A stretch of DNA of 64,000 nt from a virus (taxonomy: Duplodnaviria > Caudoviricetes): positions 10,632 to 74,631 of the IMG/VR virus record IMGVR_UViG_3300037067_011000; one strand, given 5' to 3'. The position numbers were made by a program, and so were the translations under genes. The notes under the pieces were generated by a model. It saw only the letters and a list, made by a program, of their open reading frames with translations. It had not been told where the DNA came from and searched no databases. Shown here one piece after another: positions 35,579-46,689 of the stretch. The first letter of the stretch is position 1; each line of letters begins with the position of its first letter.

Positions 35579-38035
35579 TTACGCTATTGTTTCTCGTGTA
35601 TCAGTCAATTCAATCATTTCCACATCTAACATTTCTTCTTTGTCTATATATGTTCCTGATACTATATAAAAAGATTTATCTGGTAAAAATGCAGAATCTT
35701 GTATTAGTTTAGTACGAATATTTAATGGTTGATCTATCATATTTAAACGACCTTTTAATGTAAGTCTGGGATTTTTATATTGACTCATAAAAGATTGTAA
35801 ACACAATTGTGTGGTAGAATATAAATCAGAATCAACACCCCTATGTAACCCCTCTATATTATCTCCTGCTAAAGTACACAAAGAAGATTTAAACGCCCCT
35901 CTGCTACAACCATAAGGTCCTGTACCGGATGTTACAGATTTTTCAAAATCATCTTCTCCTGTTAAATTAGTACTAAGAATTGCTTTTTCTTCTATTCCAT
36001 TATTTCCTATATTTTCTCTTGAAACAGTATGGACAACTTCAATTTTTATATCTTTTATAAATACCCTTACTGCCAAATATGTATAATTATATACCATATT
36101 TGTAGAATACCCAGATTCAATGTGATTATACCCCACACCGAAATAAGGAGTGCCGGAAGTAGTAATACGAAATATAAGTGTATCTGTTAATGTTGTATAA
36201 GATATTATTTGATATGTTGTTTCTGCTACAGTAGAACCAAAAGCTGTTGGATTATTACTTACATCATGCCAAACACCAGAAACAACACTCCCAGAAGGAA
36301 CTGTTGTGTTTATACCTGTTACAGCATTGTTAATTACAAGATACTCTCTATCATCTAAATTTGCATGTGTTTTAAATCCTACAACAGTCACATCAATAGA
36401 ACTGTCTGTTACTCTTGCCCATGTTACCCCTGTTGTACCATGTGAATTTGTTTTTGCTGTGGTAATGGCTGTAAAAAACGAGGTTGTATTTGGTATGATT
36501 TGATCATCTATTACAGGAGCCGTCGACATATCATCTAATATTTCTACTATAACATCCCCTGAAATAATGGGATCAACATATCCCCAAAGAGGAATATCAA
36601 TACTTGCAGTTACCCATTGACCATTAATTGTACTTGTAAGATAATCTGCCTGTAATTCACTTCCTGCAACCCATAATTCTTGCCATTTATCTGTACCAGA
36701 GGAATCCTCTGAATTGTCCCAATCTGTGCCACCTTTCCAATAATACTCACCAATTTTAACTGTAACAGGAATAATTAAACGATTTATTTCCACACCTTCT
36801 GTAGAAACATACATATCTCTACCACTATCTAATTTTGTGCAAAGATATACTTCCATACTTAATCTTAAACAAATATTCTCATCCTCAATTACAACAGCAT
36901 CCATAAATTCATAACTTATTTCTTCTTTAGAATCTGTTAATTGTAACCCATATTCAGGAGCAGAGTATTCATATTGTTTAATAGCAATTTGTATATTACT
37001 TGCAGAAGAAATCACCCAGTTTTTATATTCTATTGTATTGTTTAAATACCATGATCCACCATCCTGACTAACAAAACTCCCTTCTACAACCCAATTATCC
37101 TCATTATCAAAAGTGTAAGTACTTTCTGTAAAATTATAAGGATCATATTTAATTATAGCTTTACACACATTTGCAACAATATCTTCTTGTGTATTATTGT
37201 CCCCCCAACGAATATCTCTATCAGTAATATTTAAGTATCCCCCTAAAACAATAGGTGTTTCTGATCCCCATGTATTTTGATTGTATGATTTTCCTTTTGA
37301 TGTGTCATGTAAATTAATTGGGTCAACCACATAAATAGAGTCTCCTTCAAACCACATACTTAATCCCAAACCTCCCATAATACTTTCTAATACTTCTCTA
37401 CAAGACATTGGTTCAGCATTCTCATCTATAAAATTTTCATTGAATAACTCCAAATAAAGAAAAGGATTTGTATCCGTACTGGTTATTTGAATGTCATTGC
37501 TTGTATAAACAAGATTCCAAGAAAGTTCTAATTTAGATAGTACATTATTTATAATTTGTCCTACTGTTTGTTTTCCTGAATAATTATCTGTTGTTTTATA
37601 AAGAATTTTATCTAATAATGACATCCCATCATTACAATTTATTTTTATTTCTGAAATAACAGGATTACTATATCCCTCGGAAAATACTCTCGCATCTATA
37701 AATCCTTGCCATCTTAAAATACCACCTGCATCACTACTTGCATCACTATCTGTGTCTGTTACACCATCCCAAACTTGTACTTTCCATTCCTGTGGGTCTG
37801 CTGTATATAATTCTAACATTGCTAAAGGTGTTCCCACAACAGAAATTGTTGCCCCAGAACCTGTAGTAGGAGTAAATATATCTTGTAAATCCCCTTCCCA
37901 AGAATATTCAAATGGAGAAGCCCCCCCTTTAAATGTATATATGGTAGAAGAATACCCTCTTTGAAGAATGTCTATTGTTGTAAATCCTCCACTTAGTCTA
38001 TAATACTGTAAACGATATTTTACACCATGAGCCAT
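35579..38035 (-). CDS. tail hub / baseplate protein
   Basis: Directly after the tape measure; MAHGVKYRLQY start of the type seen in Bacteroidota siphovirus tail proteins. Confidence 0.65.
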   Translation of the reverse strand: MAHGVKYRLQYYRLSGGFTTIDILQRGYSSTIYTFKGGASPFEYSWEGDLQDIFTPTTGSGATISVVGTPLAMLELYTADPQEWKVQVWDGVTDTDSDASSDAGGILRWQGFIDARVFSEGYSNPVISEIKINCNDGMSLLDKILYKTTDNYSGKQTVGQIINNVLSKLELSWNLVYTSNDIQITSTDTNPFLYLELFNENFIDENAEPMSCREVLESIMGGLGLSMWFEGDSIYVVDPINLHDTSKGKSYNQNTWGSETPIVLGGYLNITDRDIRWGDNNTQEDIVANVCKAIIKYDPYNFTESTYTFDNEDNWVVEGSFVSQDGGSWYLNNTIEYKNWVISSASNIQIAIKQYEYSAPEYGLQLTDSKEEISYEFMDAVVIEDENICLRLSMEVYLCTKLDSGRDMYVSTEGVEINRLIIPVTVKIGEYYWKGGTDWDNSEDSSGTDKWQELWVAGSELQADYLTSTINGQWVTASIDIPLWGYVDPIISGDVIVEILDDMSTAPVIDDQIIPNTTSFFTAITTAKTNSHGTTGVTWARVTDSSIDVTVVGFKTHANLDDREYLVINNAVTGINTTVPSGSVVSGVWHDVSNNPTAFGSTVAETTYQIISYTTLTDTLIFRITTSGTPYFGVGYNHIESGYSTNMVYNYTYLAVRVFIKDIKIEVVHTVSRENIGNNGIEEKAILSTNLTGEDDFEKSVTSGTGPYGCSRGAFKSSLCTLAGDNIEGLHRGVDSDLYSTTQLCLQSFMSQYKNPRLTLKGRLNMIDQPLNIRTKLIQDSAFLPDKSFYIVSGTYIDKEEMLDVEMIELTDTRETIA

Positions 38036-40824
38036 TATCTGTATGAATTTGATTTACGACTTTGATAATTCATATATCCTTGCAATGAACCATTCTCAAA
38101 TCTTATAAGTACTTCTTTTGGGAAAGTACTATCCCCCATACTTAAATTCCCCAAATTCAAACCTTCTGGAAGTACTGTTTCTCCTGATGAAAGCATTGCA
38201 GGATAAGAATCATTTGGAAATCCTTGTGGAATTGTACCACCAGAAGCCATTTGAGCAGCACTGTTTATATGACTTGTATAACTTCCCCAAGCTGCCATTA
38301 AAGCACTTACAGCAATCATACCTGCAATTAAACCCACAACAGGAACTTCTATTGCTTTGTGCATTAATAATGCTGCTGCTGCTTCTGCAAGAAATATAGA
38401 AATAACTTGTTGAGCAGTGGACAAGATAATGCTTACCATAGATTGAAATCCAGATTTAGCATTTACAAAAGCCTCCCCTATAGCAGATGCAAAATCTACA
38501 AAAGCATTAGAAATTGTACTTAACACTTGTTTTTTTCTTTCAACTTTATCAAATTCTAATTGAAGTTTTTCAAGATTAACAATCACTCCTTGTATTCCTT
38601 CTGACCATTCCAATCCCCGTTCTTGTACAGGAATATTTAAGTATCCCTCTAAAGCATTTGAATAAGCATTTATTTGAGCAGATATAGAATTGTATAAATC
38701 TCTGTTTTGTCCTAATGTTGTGTTTAATGTAGATTCTTTTAAATTAATATATTCCAAAGATGCTGCCAAATCATCCATTACTTTTCTTTGTTCTGTGCCA
38801 GATGATTGTGGAGTAAGATTCATTTTATTTAATTGTAATCCAAACATATCAGGACCTGATACAGCATTTGTTTTAGAAATTGGTTTAAATAAATCAAATG
38901 CTTTTGCTGGATTGTTAAGTCTTCCCTGATTTAATTTTTCAAATGCTTTTAAATCTATTTCTGCCCAAGCATCTTCTAATCTTTTAACAGCTTCTATTTG
39001 AGTTGTAGTATCTGTTGTAATTTGTACAAGTTTCTTTTGTAATTTATTAAATTCAGGCAAATTCCCTAATAAATAGGCATTTGTCATGTCATTATATAAT
39101 TTACTATATTCTGTTATTTGTCTTGCATATTCTAATTGTTGTTTAAGATTTTCTTTCTGATTGATTTTCCATCCCAAACCTTTATTTTTTTCTGCTTGTT
39201 TCCATCCTGTTTCAGCAGCAACCCATGCTGCTCTTACCTGATCCATAGCAACAGCAACTTGGGGTTTTGTCATTGCTTCTACATCATTTCCAGTTAAATC
39301 TTTTAATTTTTTTAATTCCCCATTTACATTTACCAATGTTGTATAATACAAATCATGTTCTTTTGCTAATTCCTTAACTTTTTTAGCATATTTTGTTACA
39401 GCAATTGTAGCACCCCCTACAGCAATTCCTACACCACCTATAATAGCTGCTAAACCCGAATTTCCTAAAAATTCTAAAATAGGAATTAAAAATTGTTTTA
39501 AATTTGGTAATGTTAATTTACTCAATTTCAATGTAGCAAATCCCATTATATCCATTGCCTTTCCTGCGGACATGATTACTTTTGATAAAATTTTAAAAGT
39601 TGAAACCAACCCAGATAAGGAATACCCTATAACAGATATTAATAAACTTGCAGGACCCATTGCAGCAATTAATGCTAACCATTTTAATCTATTCTCTTTT
39701 TGTGTATCTGATAATGAGTTAAACCAATTTGTAACACCCCCCAATTTTTGTACTAAACTATTTAAAAGAGGTAGAAAAGTTTCTGCTACGGATTTTCCTA
39801 AAGATATTAATGACACTTGTGCTTGGGAAATGGCTGCATCATACTTAAATTTAATAGTATCCGATACAGCAGCAAATGATTTGGCTAAAGAACCACTTGC
39901 ATTTGTTACCCTATTCATTAAATCTGTATTATATTTGAAATTTTTCCCTGCTAATGATAAATAGCCTGTTAATGCTCTAATATTTGGAAGAACATCACTT
40001 AATAACTCATCCCCATATTTTACTTGAATATCTCTTAATCTTTGCATTAAAGGAATTATTCCTTGTTCACCTAAAATCTTTCGTAATCCTACATAACTAT
40101 TCCCTGTTTTTTGTAATGCAGCTTCTCCTTGTGTAGTTGCTTTTAACAAAGAATTAAATACTCCTTTAAGATATACTGCTGCTTGTGAAGATGAAGAACC
40201 TGTAAGTGTGATTGCAGCCATACCACCTGCAACTTGGTCAAAGGAAACTCCTAATTGAGATGCAATAGGAATAATTTGACCCATTGCAGAACTAAAACCA
40301 CTTGCTTCTGCTTTACCTTCTCTCACAGCAGCTACAAGCACATCCGTTGCATAAGCAGCAGTCAATCCTGTTCCTTTATAAGCATTAAGTGCAGATGTTA
40401 ATAAATCAGCAACATCCTTTGTTTCCCCAAGTCCTGATGCAGATGCTTTGGCAGATAATTTTAAAACATTCATTGCTTCTGCTCCTTTAATACCAGAAGA
40501 AGAAATAAAATATAAAGCATCTGCAAGTTCTTGTGGTGTTTTTGCTAATTGAGGTCCTATTTTTAATACTTCCTCACTCCATTTATTAACAACATTTTGA
40601 GCAACACCAGTTAAACCCACAATCTTTTGCATAGCAAATTCATAATCTTTTGCCATATTTAAAGATGCTTTTCCTGCCATAACCATAGGTGCTGTAAGTG
40701 CAGCAGATGCCAAATACCCAAAAGTTCTAAACTTCTGAGCAGTTGTACCCAGTGATTTAGTAATATTGTTTAATTGTGTTGCATCTACCCCAAGAGTAAC
40801 TACCAAAGTTCCCAGATTTGCCAT
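38035..40824 (-). CDS. tape measure protein (TP901-like)
   Basis: LGTLVVTLGVD start, Ala-rich helical repeats, hydrophobic stretches, 929 aa. Confidence 0.9.
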   Translation of the reverse strand: MANLGTLVVTLGVDATQLNNITKSLGTTAQKFRTFGYLASAALTAPMVMAGKASLNMAKDYEFAMQKIVGLTGVAQNVVNKWSEEVLKIGPQLAKTPQELADALYFISSSGIKGAEAMNVLKLSAKASASGLGETKDVADLLTSALNAYKGTGLTAAYATDVLVAAVREGKAEASGFSSAMGQIIPIASQLGVSFDQVAGGMAAITLTGSSSSQAAVYLKGVFNSLLKATTQGEAALQKTGNSYVGLRKILGEQGIIPLMQRLRDIQVKYGDELLSDVLPNIRALTGYLSLAGKNFKYNTDLMNRVTNASGSLAKSFAAVSDTIKFKYDAAISQAQVSLISLGKSVAETFLPLLNSLVQKLGGVTNWFNSLSDTQKENRLKWLALIAAMGPASLLISVIGYSLSGLVSTFKILSKVIMSAGKAMDIMGFATLKLSKLTLPNLKQFLIPILEFLGNSGLAAIIGGVGIAVGGATIAVTKYAKKVKELAKEHDLYYTTLVNVNGELKKLKDLTGNDVEAMTKPQVAVAMDQVRAAWVAAETGWKQAEKNKGLGWKINQKENLKQQLEYARQITEYSKLYNDMTNAYLLGNLPEFNKLQKKLVQITTDTTTQIEAVKRLEDAWAEIDLKAFEKLNQGRLNNPAKAFDLFKPISKTNAVSGPDMFGLQLNKMNLTPQSSGTEQRKVMDDLAASLEYINLKESTLNTTLGQNRDLYNSISAQINAYSNALEGYLNIPVQERGLEWSEGIQGVIVNLEKLQLEFDKVERKKQVLSTISNAFVDFASAIGEAFVNAKSGFQSMVSIILSTAQQVISIFLAEAAAALLMHKAIEVPVVGLIAGMIAVSALMAAWGSYTSHINSAAQMASGGTIPQGFPNDSYPAMLSSGETVLPEGLNLGNLSMGDSTFPKEVLIRFENGSLQGYMNYQSRKSNSYR

Positions 40825-40825
40825 C

Positions 40826-41607
40826 TTATTTTTTTGTTTTCTTAACAGGTGGTTTATTTAACCTTTCTACTTTCTTATTTTGAGAATTTGCAATACTCCT
40901 CAGTGCTTGTTTCATTGCTTCCACACTTTGTTGTTTTACCACTGGTTTTCTTTCTCCTGCCCAATCAATCATAAAATCTAAGGGATTTGTTAATTTTGGT
41001 GTGTGTCCCTTCTTTGCATATAACTGTTGAACTATATTAGTTATCAGACTTTCAATCTTTGCTAACCTGAAATCATCCCTCCATGTACCTATTGGATCTA
41101 TCTTATCATAAGCCTCCCATTCACTAATCTGCCTTGAAGTAAGCAGATCCAATAAGTAATCTGGATGAATTATCCCTAATTCTCTACAGAGCCGGAATTG
41201 GAATTGTCTTCCGGTTCTGGACTTGAGTTTTTTACAAGGTCATCTTTATCTTGTTCCGAAATTGCATTCAACTTCTGAGCAGCATTAACAATCTTTTCCA
41301 ATCTTGCTGCACTCATATTCTGGCTCAATATGGAATAATCTCTTGGTTCAAGTAACAGTTTTCCTGTCTCATCACATAATGTAACAACAGCTAATTTGGC
41401 ACGAAAATCTTCCGTTGCCTGCTCATATCCTACTACTTGTCCTTTAGTATCCCTGTTCTTTTTTAAAAGAGACTGTTCAAAATTGTCCCTTTCCCTTCCT
41501 GTCATTTGTTTTACATAAACAAATTCATCATTTCCAAGTTCAACCTTTTCTACTTCGAGTTTTTCTTTTTCGAGTAATTTTGCTCTGTTTAATAAATTTT
41601 TTCCCAT
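40826..41607 (-). CDS. tail assembly chaperone gpGT (via -1 frameshift, about 260 aa)
   Basis: After slipping at A AAA AAC the -1 frame reads LKSRTGRQFQFRLCRELG...EWEAY...DPIG..R.DFR.A, a typical gpT. Confidence 0.8.
41176..41607 (-). CDS. tail assembly chaperone gpG
   Basis: Between tail tube and tape measure; VYVKQMTGRERD.FE motif. Confidence 0.8.
   Translation of the reverse strand: MGKNLLNRAKLLEKEKLEVEKVELGNDEFVYVKQMTGRERDNFEQSLLKKNRDTKGQVVGYEQATEDFRAKLAVVTLCDETGKLLLEPRDYSILSQNMSAARLEKIVNAAQKLNAISEQDKDDLVKNSSPEPEDNSNSGSVEN
41227..41233 (-). promoter_or_regulatory. -1 programmed frameshift slippery heptamer A AAA AAC
   Basis: GTA AAA AAC in the gpG frame; the -1 frame is open into the 40826-41152 ORF. 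Confidence 0.8.
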
Positions 41608-41668
41608 GATTAAGAAATTTTAATTGTTTGTGATAAAATAAATCTTGATTAGACTTTGTTAATTGTTT

Positions 41669-42106
41669 TTAAACGGTTCCTGTTCCAGAACCTGAACCGG
41701 AATTTTCTACTACCTTACCACTGATCTTGATGGTTACATCCGATGAAATCTTATCATCCACAGGAATCCCCAAACCAAGTTCAGTTACCAATCCCTCAAA
41801 TTCAAATGATGTATGTTCAGCATCAGGGAGATATATCTCATAGTTCTGAAGAACATCACTCTCATAATCGGCATTCATCTCATCATAGGTATCCCTGCTG
41901 AAATTCATGGAAAGTGAAACAGTTCCTCCGTCTCGTAACGATCCAAGAAATTCACGATACCCATCCACAGAATCCAACGAGGTCACGTCTATCGTGTCTC
42001 GTGACTTGGTAGGTCCATCAATATTAGTTATTTCAGCGAGTTCCTTCCAAGTGGAATTGTCCCATCGCCTAAAACTTGTACCTACACCTGCTACAGCATT
42101 GCTCAT
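41669..42106 (-). CDS. major tail tube protein (lambda gpV-like)
   Basis: LAEITNIDGP..SRDTIDVTSLDS..GYREF..SLRDGG motif; strong SD. Confidence 0.85.
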   Translation of the reverse strand: MSNAVAGVGTSFRRWDNSTWKELAEITNIDGPTKSRDTIDVTSLDSVDGYREFLGSLRDGGTVSLSMNFSRDTYDEMNADYESDVLQNYEIYLPDAEHTSFEFEGLVTELGLGIPVDDKISSDVTIKISGKVVENSGSGSGTGTV

Positions 42107-42128
42107 TTGTTTTTACCTCCTTCTTAAA

Positions 42129-42554
42129 TTACACAGCCCTTCGCTGTATGTTAAAATTACACACCAATCTACAATTTTCGTTATCATCCCAATCAAGCAG
42201 AGCGGGGCTGCTGACAGCGTAGATAACACTATATAAAGTCCCATTCCACGTTTGTTGGTGTCTCCCATGTAATGAGTTCTTTATCCCTTCTATAAGAGTC
42301 CAAGCAATAGACTCTTTTGCATTTCTTACTCGTATCTGAATAGATGGTCTTTCATAACCACTTGCACCTCCCATATCCAAATCAGGTGCAAATCCTGAAG
42401 TATCAAATATTGTAACACAATTAATAGGTTTGGTAGGTTCCCTGTTTATAAACAAGTTTGTACCAAACACCAATCCTAATCCAGTTCCAGATGATTCAGA
42501 ATCATCTAATCCTGCTTCCAAAATGTGTCTTATGTCTTCACTGGGAACGTTCAT
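42129..42554 (-). CDS. tail terminator / completion protein
   Basis: CVTIFDTSG...YERPSIQIRVR; position upstream of the tail tube. Confidence 0.7.
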   Translation of the reverse strand: MNVPSEDIRHILEAGLDDSESSGTGLGLVFGTNLFINREPTKPINCVTIFDTSGFAPDLDMGGASGYERPSIQIRVRNAKESIAWTLIEGIKNSLHGRHQQTWNGTLYSVIYAVSSPALLDWDDNENCRLVCNFNIQRRAV

Positions 42555-42555
42555 A

Positions 42556-43122
42556 CTATCCTTTTATTTGAGATTCATTTGCAATAATCTTTAAAATATT
42601 CCCTTTTTCACTATATATTGTATTCTGAAACCACTTTGCATTTGATCCTATTCGTGACCATCTGATATTTGGGTCTATAAATTCATGTACAAATCCTGCA
42701 TAAGGGGCACTGTAACCCAACATTAAAAATTTCTTATTTGCATTTGACATACTTGCAACTTCCCCTCTTGCCTGTTCTACTACTCCTGAATGACCTGCCT
42801 GTACTTTTGCTCCTTTAGAATCACTTGAAAATTTCTTAGAACCTTTTACAGGGGGTGTAGAATTTGGGGTTACTATAAAAAAACTTGCATTCAAATTTCC
42901 TTTATCAACTGGAGTTAAATCAGATGCTTTCCCTTCATCATTTGTCTTTGCACGAATATGAGCAGCAGCAAGAATTAAACCTCTCATACTACCATTTTTA
43001 ATTTTCTCTATTTCTTTATTAAGATTTGACATAACAGTATCCATCCCTTTTAGGTAATTTACTCCACCACTTGCTCCTGGTGTTCCTGGAATATTTGTTA
43101 AACCTCCTCCTAATCTTGCCAT
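42556..43122 (-). CDS. neck protein (HK97 gp10-like)
   Basis: TPVDKGNLNAS and GYSAPYA.FVHE motifs; likely start ATG 43122. Confidence 0.75.
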   Translation of the reverse strand: MARLGGGLTNIPGTPGASGGVNYLKGMDTVMSNLNKEIEKIKNGSMRGLILAAAHIRAKTNDEGKASDLTPVDKGNLNASFFIVTPNSTPPVKGSKKFSSDSKGAKVQAGHSGVVEQARGEVASMSNANKKFLMLGYSAPYAGFVHEFIDPNIRWSRIGSNAKWFQNTIYSEKGNILKIIANESQIKG

Positions 43123-43123
43123 C

Positions 43124-43528
43124 TTAAAATCCTCCAAATGATAAACTTGGTGTCAAATATGCTTTTCTTAAAAATCCTTCCCCATCCAAAGAAGGGACTT
43201 TCTGAAATCTTTTTATAATATATGTCCCATCAATGTTCTTTGGGTCTGCTATTGCATCTGCACTACTTTCTGCACTGTCATACAATTCTTCCAATGTACC
43301 ATGATATAAATACCCTTCTACATCCAAATCCTGAAGAACAAATACTAATGCTCTTGAAGTTATTTCTTTTCCCTTATTGTCCGTTACAATCTGACTAATA
43401 TCTTCCCAACGACAGGAAATCTCAATAGCATCATTGAAAGTAAAGAAATTTCTACCATCATTAATTGGATTGCCCCAATAAACTGCTTTATCCAAGCAAT
43501 TATTCTCTATACTTTCCTGTATGCTCAT
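43124..43528 (-). CDS. head closure protein
   Basis: Position and beta-rich composition. Confidence 0.65.
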   Translation of the reverse strand: MSIQESIENNCLDKAVYWGNPINDGRNFFTFNDAIEISCRWEDISQIVTDNKGKEITSRALVFVLQDLDVEGYLYHGTLEELYDSAESSADAIADPKNIDGTYIIKRFQKVPSLDGEGFLRKAYLTPSLSFGGF

Positions 43529-43899
43529 TCATTGAATCCTTTTACAGCGTATATACTCGCTCTCATTTTCCCTGTATTAGCCATCTTCCCTGTTATGTCC
43601 ATCATCAAAACTGCCTGACCATAAGGAGTAGATTCTAATTTAGTTCCATACTTCCCAATATACTTTACAGAAGCATCCCCAAGTTTTTCCTCACTTGACA
43701 TTCTCATAATTGTACTTGCAATGAAATGAGCAGACAACCATGTTTTAATTTCTGCCAATAAAGTGCTTCCAAGTTCATCATCTTCTGAAAACACAGCATC
43801 AGCCACTCCCCCTGCCATAGTAATAAAAGGTAATGCTTGTGCATCTGATAATTGTGCTTCTGTTTTCTTTAATATCAACCGAACATCTGCTGCTGCCAT
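43525..43899 (-). CDS. head-tail connector / adaptor
   Basis: WLSAHFIA...EKLGDASVKY...STPYGQ motif. Confidence 0.7.
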   Translation of the reverse strand: MAAADVRLILKKTEAQLSDAQALPFITMAGGVADAVFSEDDELGSTLLAEIKTWLSAHFIASTIMRMSSEEKLGDASVKYIGKYGTKLESTPYGQAVLMMDITGKMANTGKMRASIYAVKGFNE

Positions 43900-44552
43900 T
43901 ATTTGCTCCTTTCTCTTTGACGACTATTCCACATTAACGGTGTAACCATATCTATTACATCATTGTCCCAAGTTAATCCTGCCCATTCTACCACTTCTTT
44001 TATCTGGTTGTAATCACCCATTGCCATTCTTTCAGGCCAAACTTCCTTACAAACAATCCCTGCCTCAATCATCTCATTGAACAATTTTATATGTTCATGC
44101 ACCCATCCTGTCCATCCTTCTTTATCCTTATAAGCCCTCATATATCCTGTCTTCAAACAAGATTCTACAATATCAGGAGTTCTCCGTCTCACAATAATCC
44201 ATTTAGCATTTGGAAAAGCATATTGCCAAATAGGCCATGTCTGGCAAAGTCTGGAACCTTTTAACATCCAAGGTTCCCCTTTCCATTCTTGTAAACATTC
44301 TTCTGTTTTGGATTTCCAATTTGTTGGTATTATCAATTTCTTTGTATCTGGTAAAGGATATTGTCCTCTTATATCTGCCCCAAGAAGTTCATAATACTTG
44401 TCCATCAATCCTTTAACCTCTATATTCTCTAACATTTCTGTACTCATCCCTGTAAATGCCCCACAATGTTTTATAATCTTGGCAATAATGGTACTTCCTG
44501 AACGTTCTATTCCAGTTATAAAAATTGGGCTATTTACTGCATTTTGTATCAT
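43899..44552 (-). CDS. sulfotransferase family protein
   Basis: PIFITGIERSGST 5'-PSB loop; WMLK; AKWIIVRR 3'-PB motif. Confidence 0.8.
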   Translation of the reverse strand: MIQNAVNSPIFITGIERSGSTIIAKIIKHCGAFTGMSTEMLENIEVKGLMDKYYELLGADIRGQYPLPDTKKLIIPTNWKSKTEECLQEWKGEPWMLKGSRLCQTWPIWQYAFPNAKWIIVRRRTPDIVESCLKTGYMRAYKDKEGWTGWVHEHIKLFNEMIEAGIVCKEVWPERMAMGDYNQIKEVVEWAGLTWDNDVIDMVTPLMWNSRQRERSK

Positions 44553-45859
44553 GATGTCTTTTTATATTTATTCACTACCTGTTTCCTGTTTACAGTTCTT
44601 TTTACCTTATCAACCTTCTTTATCAATTGTTCAGAATGTCTGCGGTAAAAAGCCAAAGAGGAATTACAATATCCTATTTTCATTCCCATCTGTAGACACC
44701 GAACATTAAACTCAAATTCTTCAAAAGACTTAACCTGCTCTGTTTCATTCAATAATCCTACTTTTTGAAATACCTCTTTCCGGTACATTGTTGTTGCACT
44801 ATGAATAGTATTCTTTGCTAACAATTGTTGTAAAGTTGGGAATTTAACTTTTGGTTTCCAAACAATTTTATTTCCCGATACCTGACTGTATTGTATTGCA
44901 TTTCCATGAATAAAATCAACCCCCTGCTCCTCTATTGCTTTTACAGAATCCTCAATACAATTTAGAGTTAGCATATCATCCTCATGGAGATACTTAATAT
45001 AATCCCCTGTGGCTTCATTTAAGACCTTATTAAAATTCTGAGGCCAACTACCATCTCCCTGACTTACGATCAACTGTACACTGTCAGGAACGCTTGCTAT
45101 GGCATCTTTTAAATACCCCCTGTCAATGTTATATGGAATTATAACAGTTACCTTCTTCTTTTCAACAGGTTTTTGAAATACCTCTTGATTAACATACTCT
45201 TTTACCCATTGCAAACTCATGGAAGCATTTGCTGCTTCAAATATTCTTGGTCTACCATGAAAACAAACTAAATTTGCATCCTCAGGGACTTGTTTAAGTA
45301 CCCCTGTTTCTTTTGGTTTAAAATCATATATGGTATTTGTAAGTTGTTGCCAGAACATGTCTGGTTTTACAACCTTACGTAAAAAATAATCCATCCTGCT
45401 ATGCCCTACCCCTTCTTTTTGCCATGCTTTCCAAATAGTACTTATCTTCTCTGAATTGGCAGGAATCCAAGCAAGTCCAGTAGCCAGTTGTCCTTTTTGG
45501 TAGAAATCTTCTAAGGGGATAAACATACTTGGTTCCTTTACCAATTCAAATATATTTTCAAGTGACTTCACAATAACTGTATCCAAGTCAACATAAAGGA
45601 AAGGACGATACTGCTCCATTTCCGGTGAATACAGCATCATCCTACTCCACCACTTTGGATAATCGTTGGACAAGGGTAGAAGTTCCAGGTTACCCAAATC
45701 ATAATATCCTGAGGCATTATCCCAAAGACAAATAATTCTCGGTCTGGTAGAAGATTGCCATTTCCCATTAATGTGTCTTGCAATCAATCCCACATCACGA
45801 AAAGAAAAATCTCCTCCTGAACGTAAAACCACAACAATTGTATGTTTTAAATTAATCAT
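44549..45859 (-). CDS. two-domain glycosyltransferase (GT8-like + GT2)
   Basis: N-domain WWSRM, YVDLD, CFHGRPR; C-domain VTVIIPY, YLHEDD, YRRH. Confidence 0.8.
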   Translation of the reverse strand: MINLKHTIVVVLRSGGDFSFRDVGLIARHINGKWQSSTRPRIICLWDNASGYYDLGNLELLPLSNDYPKWWSRMMLYSPEMEQYRPFLYVDLDTVIVKSLENIFELVKEPSMFIPLEDFYQKGQLATGLAWIPANSEKISTIWKAWQKEGVGHSRMDYFLRKVVKPDMFWQQLTNTIYDFKPKETGVLKQVPEDANLVCFHGRPRIFEAANASMSLQWVKEYVNQEVFQKPVEKKKVTVIIPYNIDRGYLKDAIASVPDSVQLIVSQGDGSWPQNFNKVLNEATGDYIKYLHEDDMLTLNCIEDSVKAIEEQGVDFIHGNAIQYSQVSGNKIVWKPKVKFPTLQQLLAKNTIHSATTMYRKEVFQKVGLLNETEQVKSFEEFEFNVRCLQMGMKIGYCNSSLAFYRRHSEQLIKKVDKVKRTVNRKQVVNKYKKTS

Positions 45860-46689
45860 AATTTACTGATTATTGTTTTAGCACATCCTTCAAATGTAAA
45901 GAACTCTTCATAAATCCTTTTTCCATTATCAATGTACTTTTCAATATCCTCTTTTGTTTTACTTTTAATTATGTTTAAAATATCTGGTATTTGCTTCTCT
46001 GATACAAGTATTCCTATTTCATTGAAATCAAACTTATCCTGAAAAGGAATCCAGGGTTTATCATAAACATAAATTGGAATAGAACCATGTTGTAAGGATT
46101 CACAAATCCTGAATGAAGTTGCACCGTATCCTCTTGGGCACAATGAAAAAATACTCCTTTCCATTCTATTTATAAATAGGTCATAACCCCCATTTTCATG
46201 TATTACAAAATTCTTAAAAAATAAATTTGCTATCTTTCTTCTTATTGGGTGGTTTTTGGTACTTCCTACAAAACTGCACAATACATCCCTATTTTGTTCT
46301 ATTCTTGGACTTGGTTGACACAATAATGGAATAGGAGTACCTAAATTTCTTTCTGATAAAGTCTTCTTCCCCCCACCACCTGCTCCAAATATAAGTATAT
46401 CCAAATCTTTTAAATCCTGCAAAATACCATCATCATATTGGAGGATTGTAAAATACTTTTTACTCCTATCTAATGAATCTAAAAACTTCTGTAAATCCCC
46501 CATAACAACAGTCCCATATTTTCTACTAATATAAAAGTTAGTCCAAAGAATAGGTAGATAGACATATTCTGTCTTAACAGTATTTGTCTTATACCAATTC
46601 ATAAAGTACTCTTCAAATATCATTTTATTGAAAGGTGGATACTCATGATTTGTATGAGTCTGAAATATATTTGGAACCTGCTCTATCAT
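45856..46689 (-). CDS. exostosin-like glycosyltransferase (GT47)
   Basis: SFVG, S.FSLCPRGYG..SFRICESL..GSIPI. Confidence 0.85.
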   Translation of the reverse strand: MIEQVPNIFQTHTNHEYPPFNKMIFEEYFMNWYKTNTVKTEYVYLPILWTNFYISRKYGTVVMGDLQKFLDSLDRSKKYFTILQYDDGILQDLKDLDILIFGAGGGGKKTLSERNLGTPIPLLCQPSPRIEQNRDVLCSFVGSTKNHPIRRKIANLFFKNFVIHENGGYDLFINRMERSIFSLCPRGYGATSFRICESLQHGSIPIYVYDKPWIPFQDKFDFNEIGILVSEKQIPDILNIIKSKTKEDIEKYIDNGKRIYEEFFTFEGCAKTIISKL

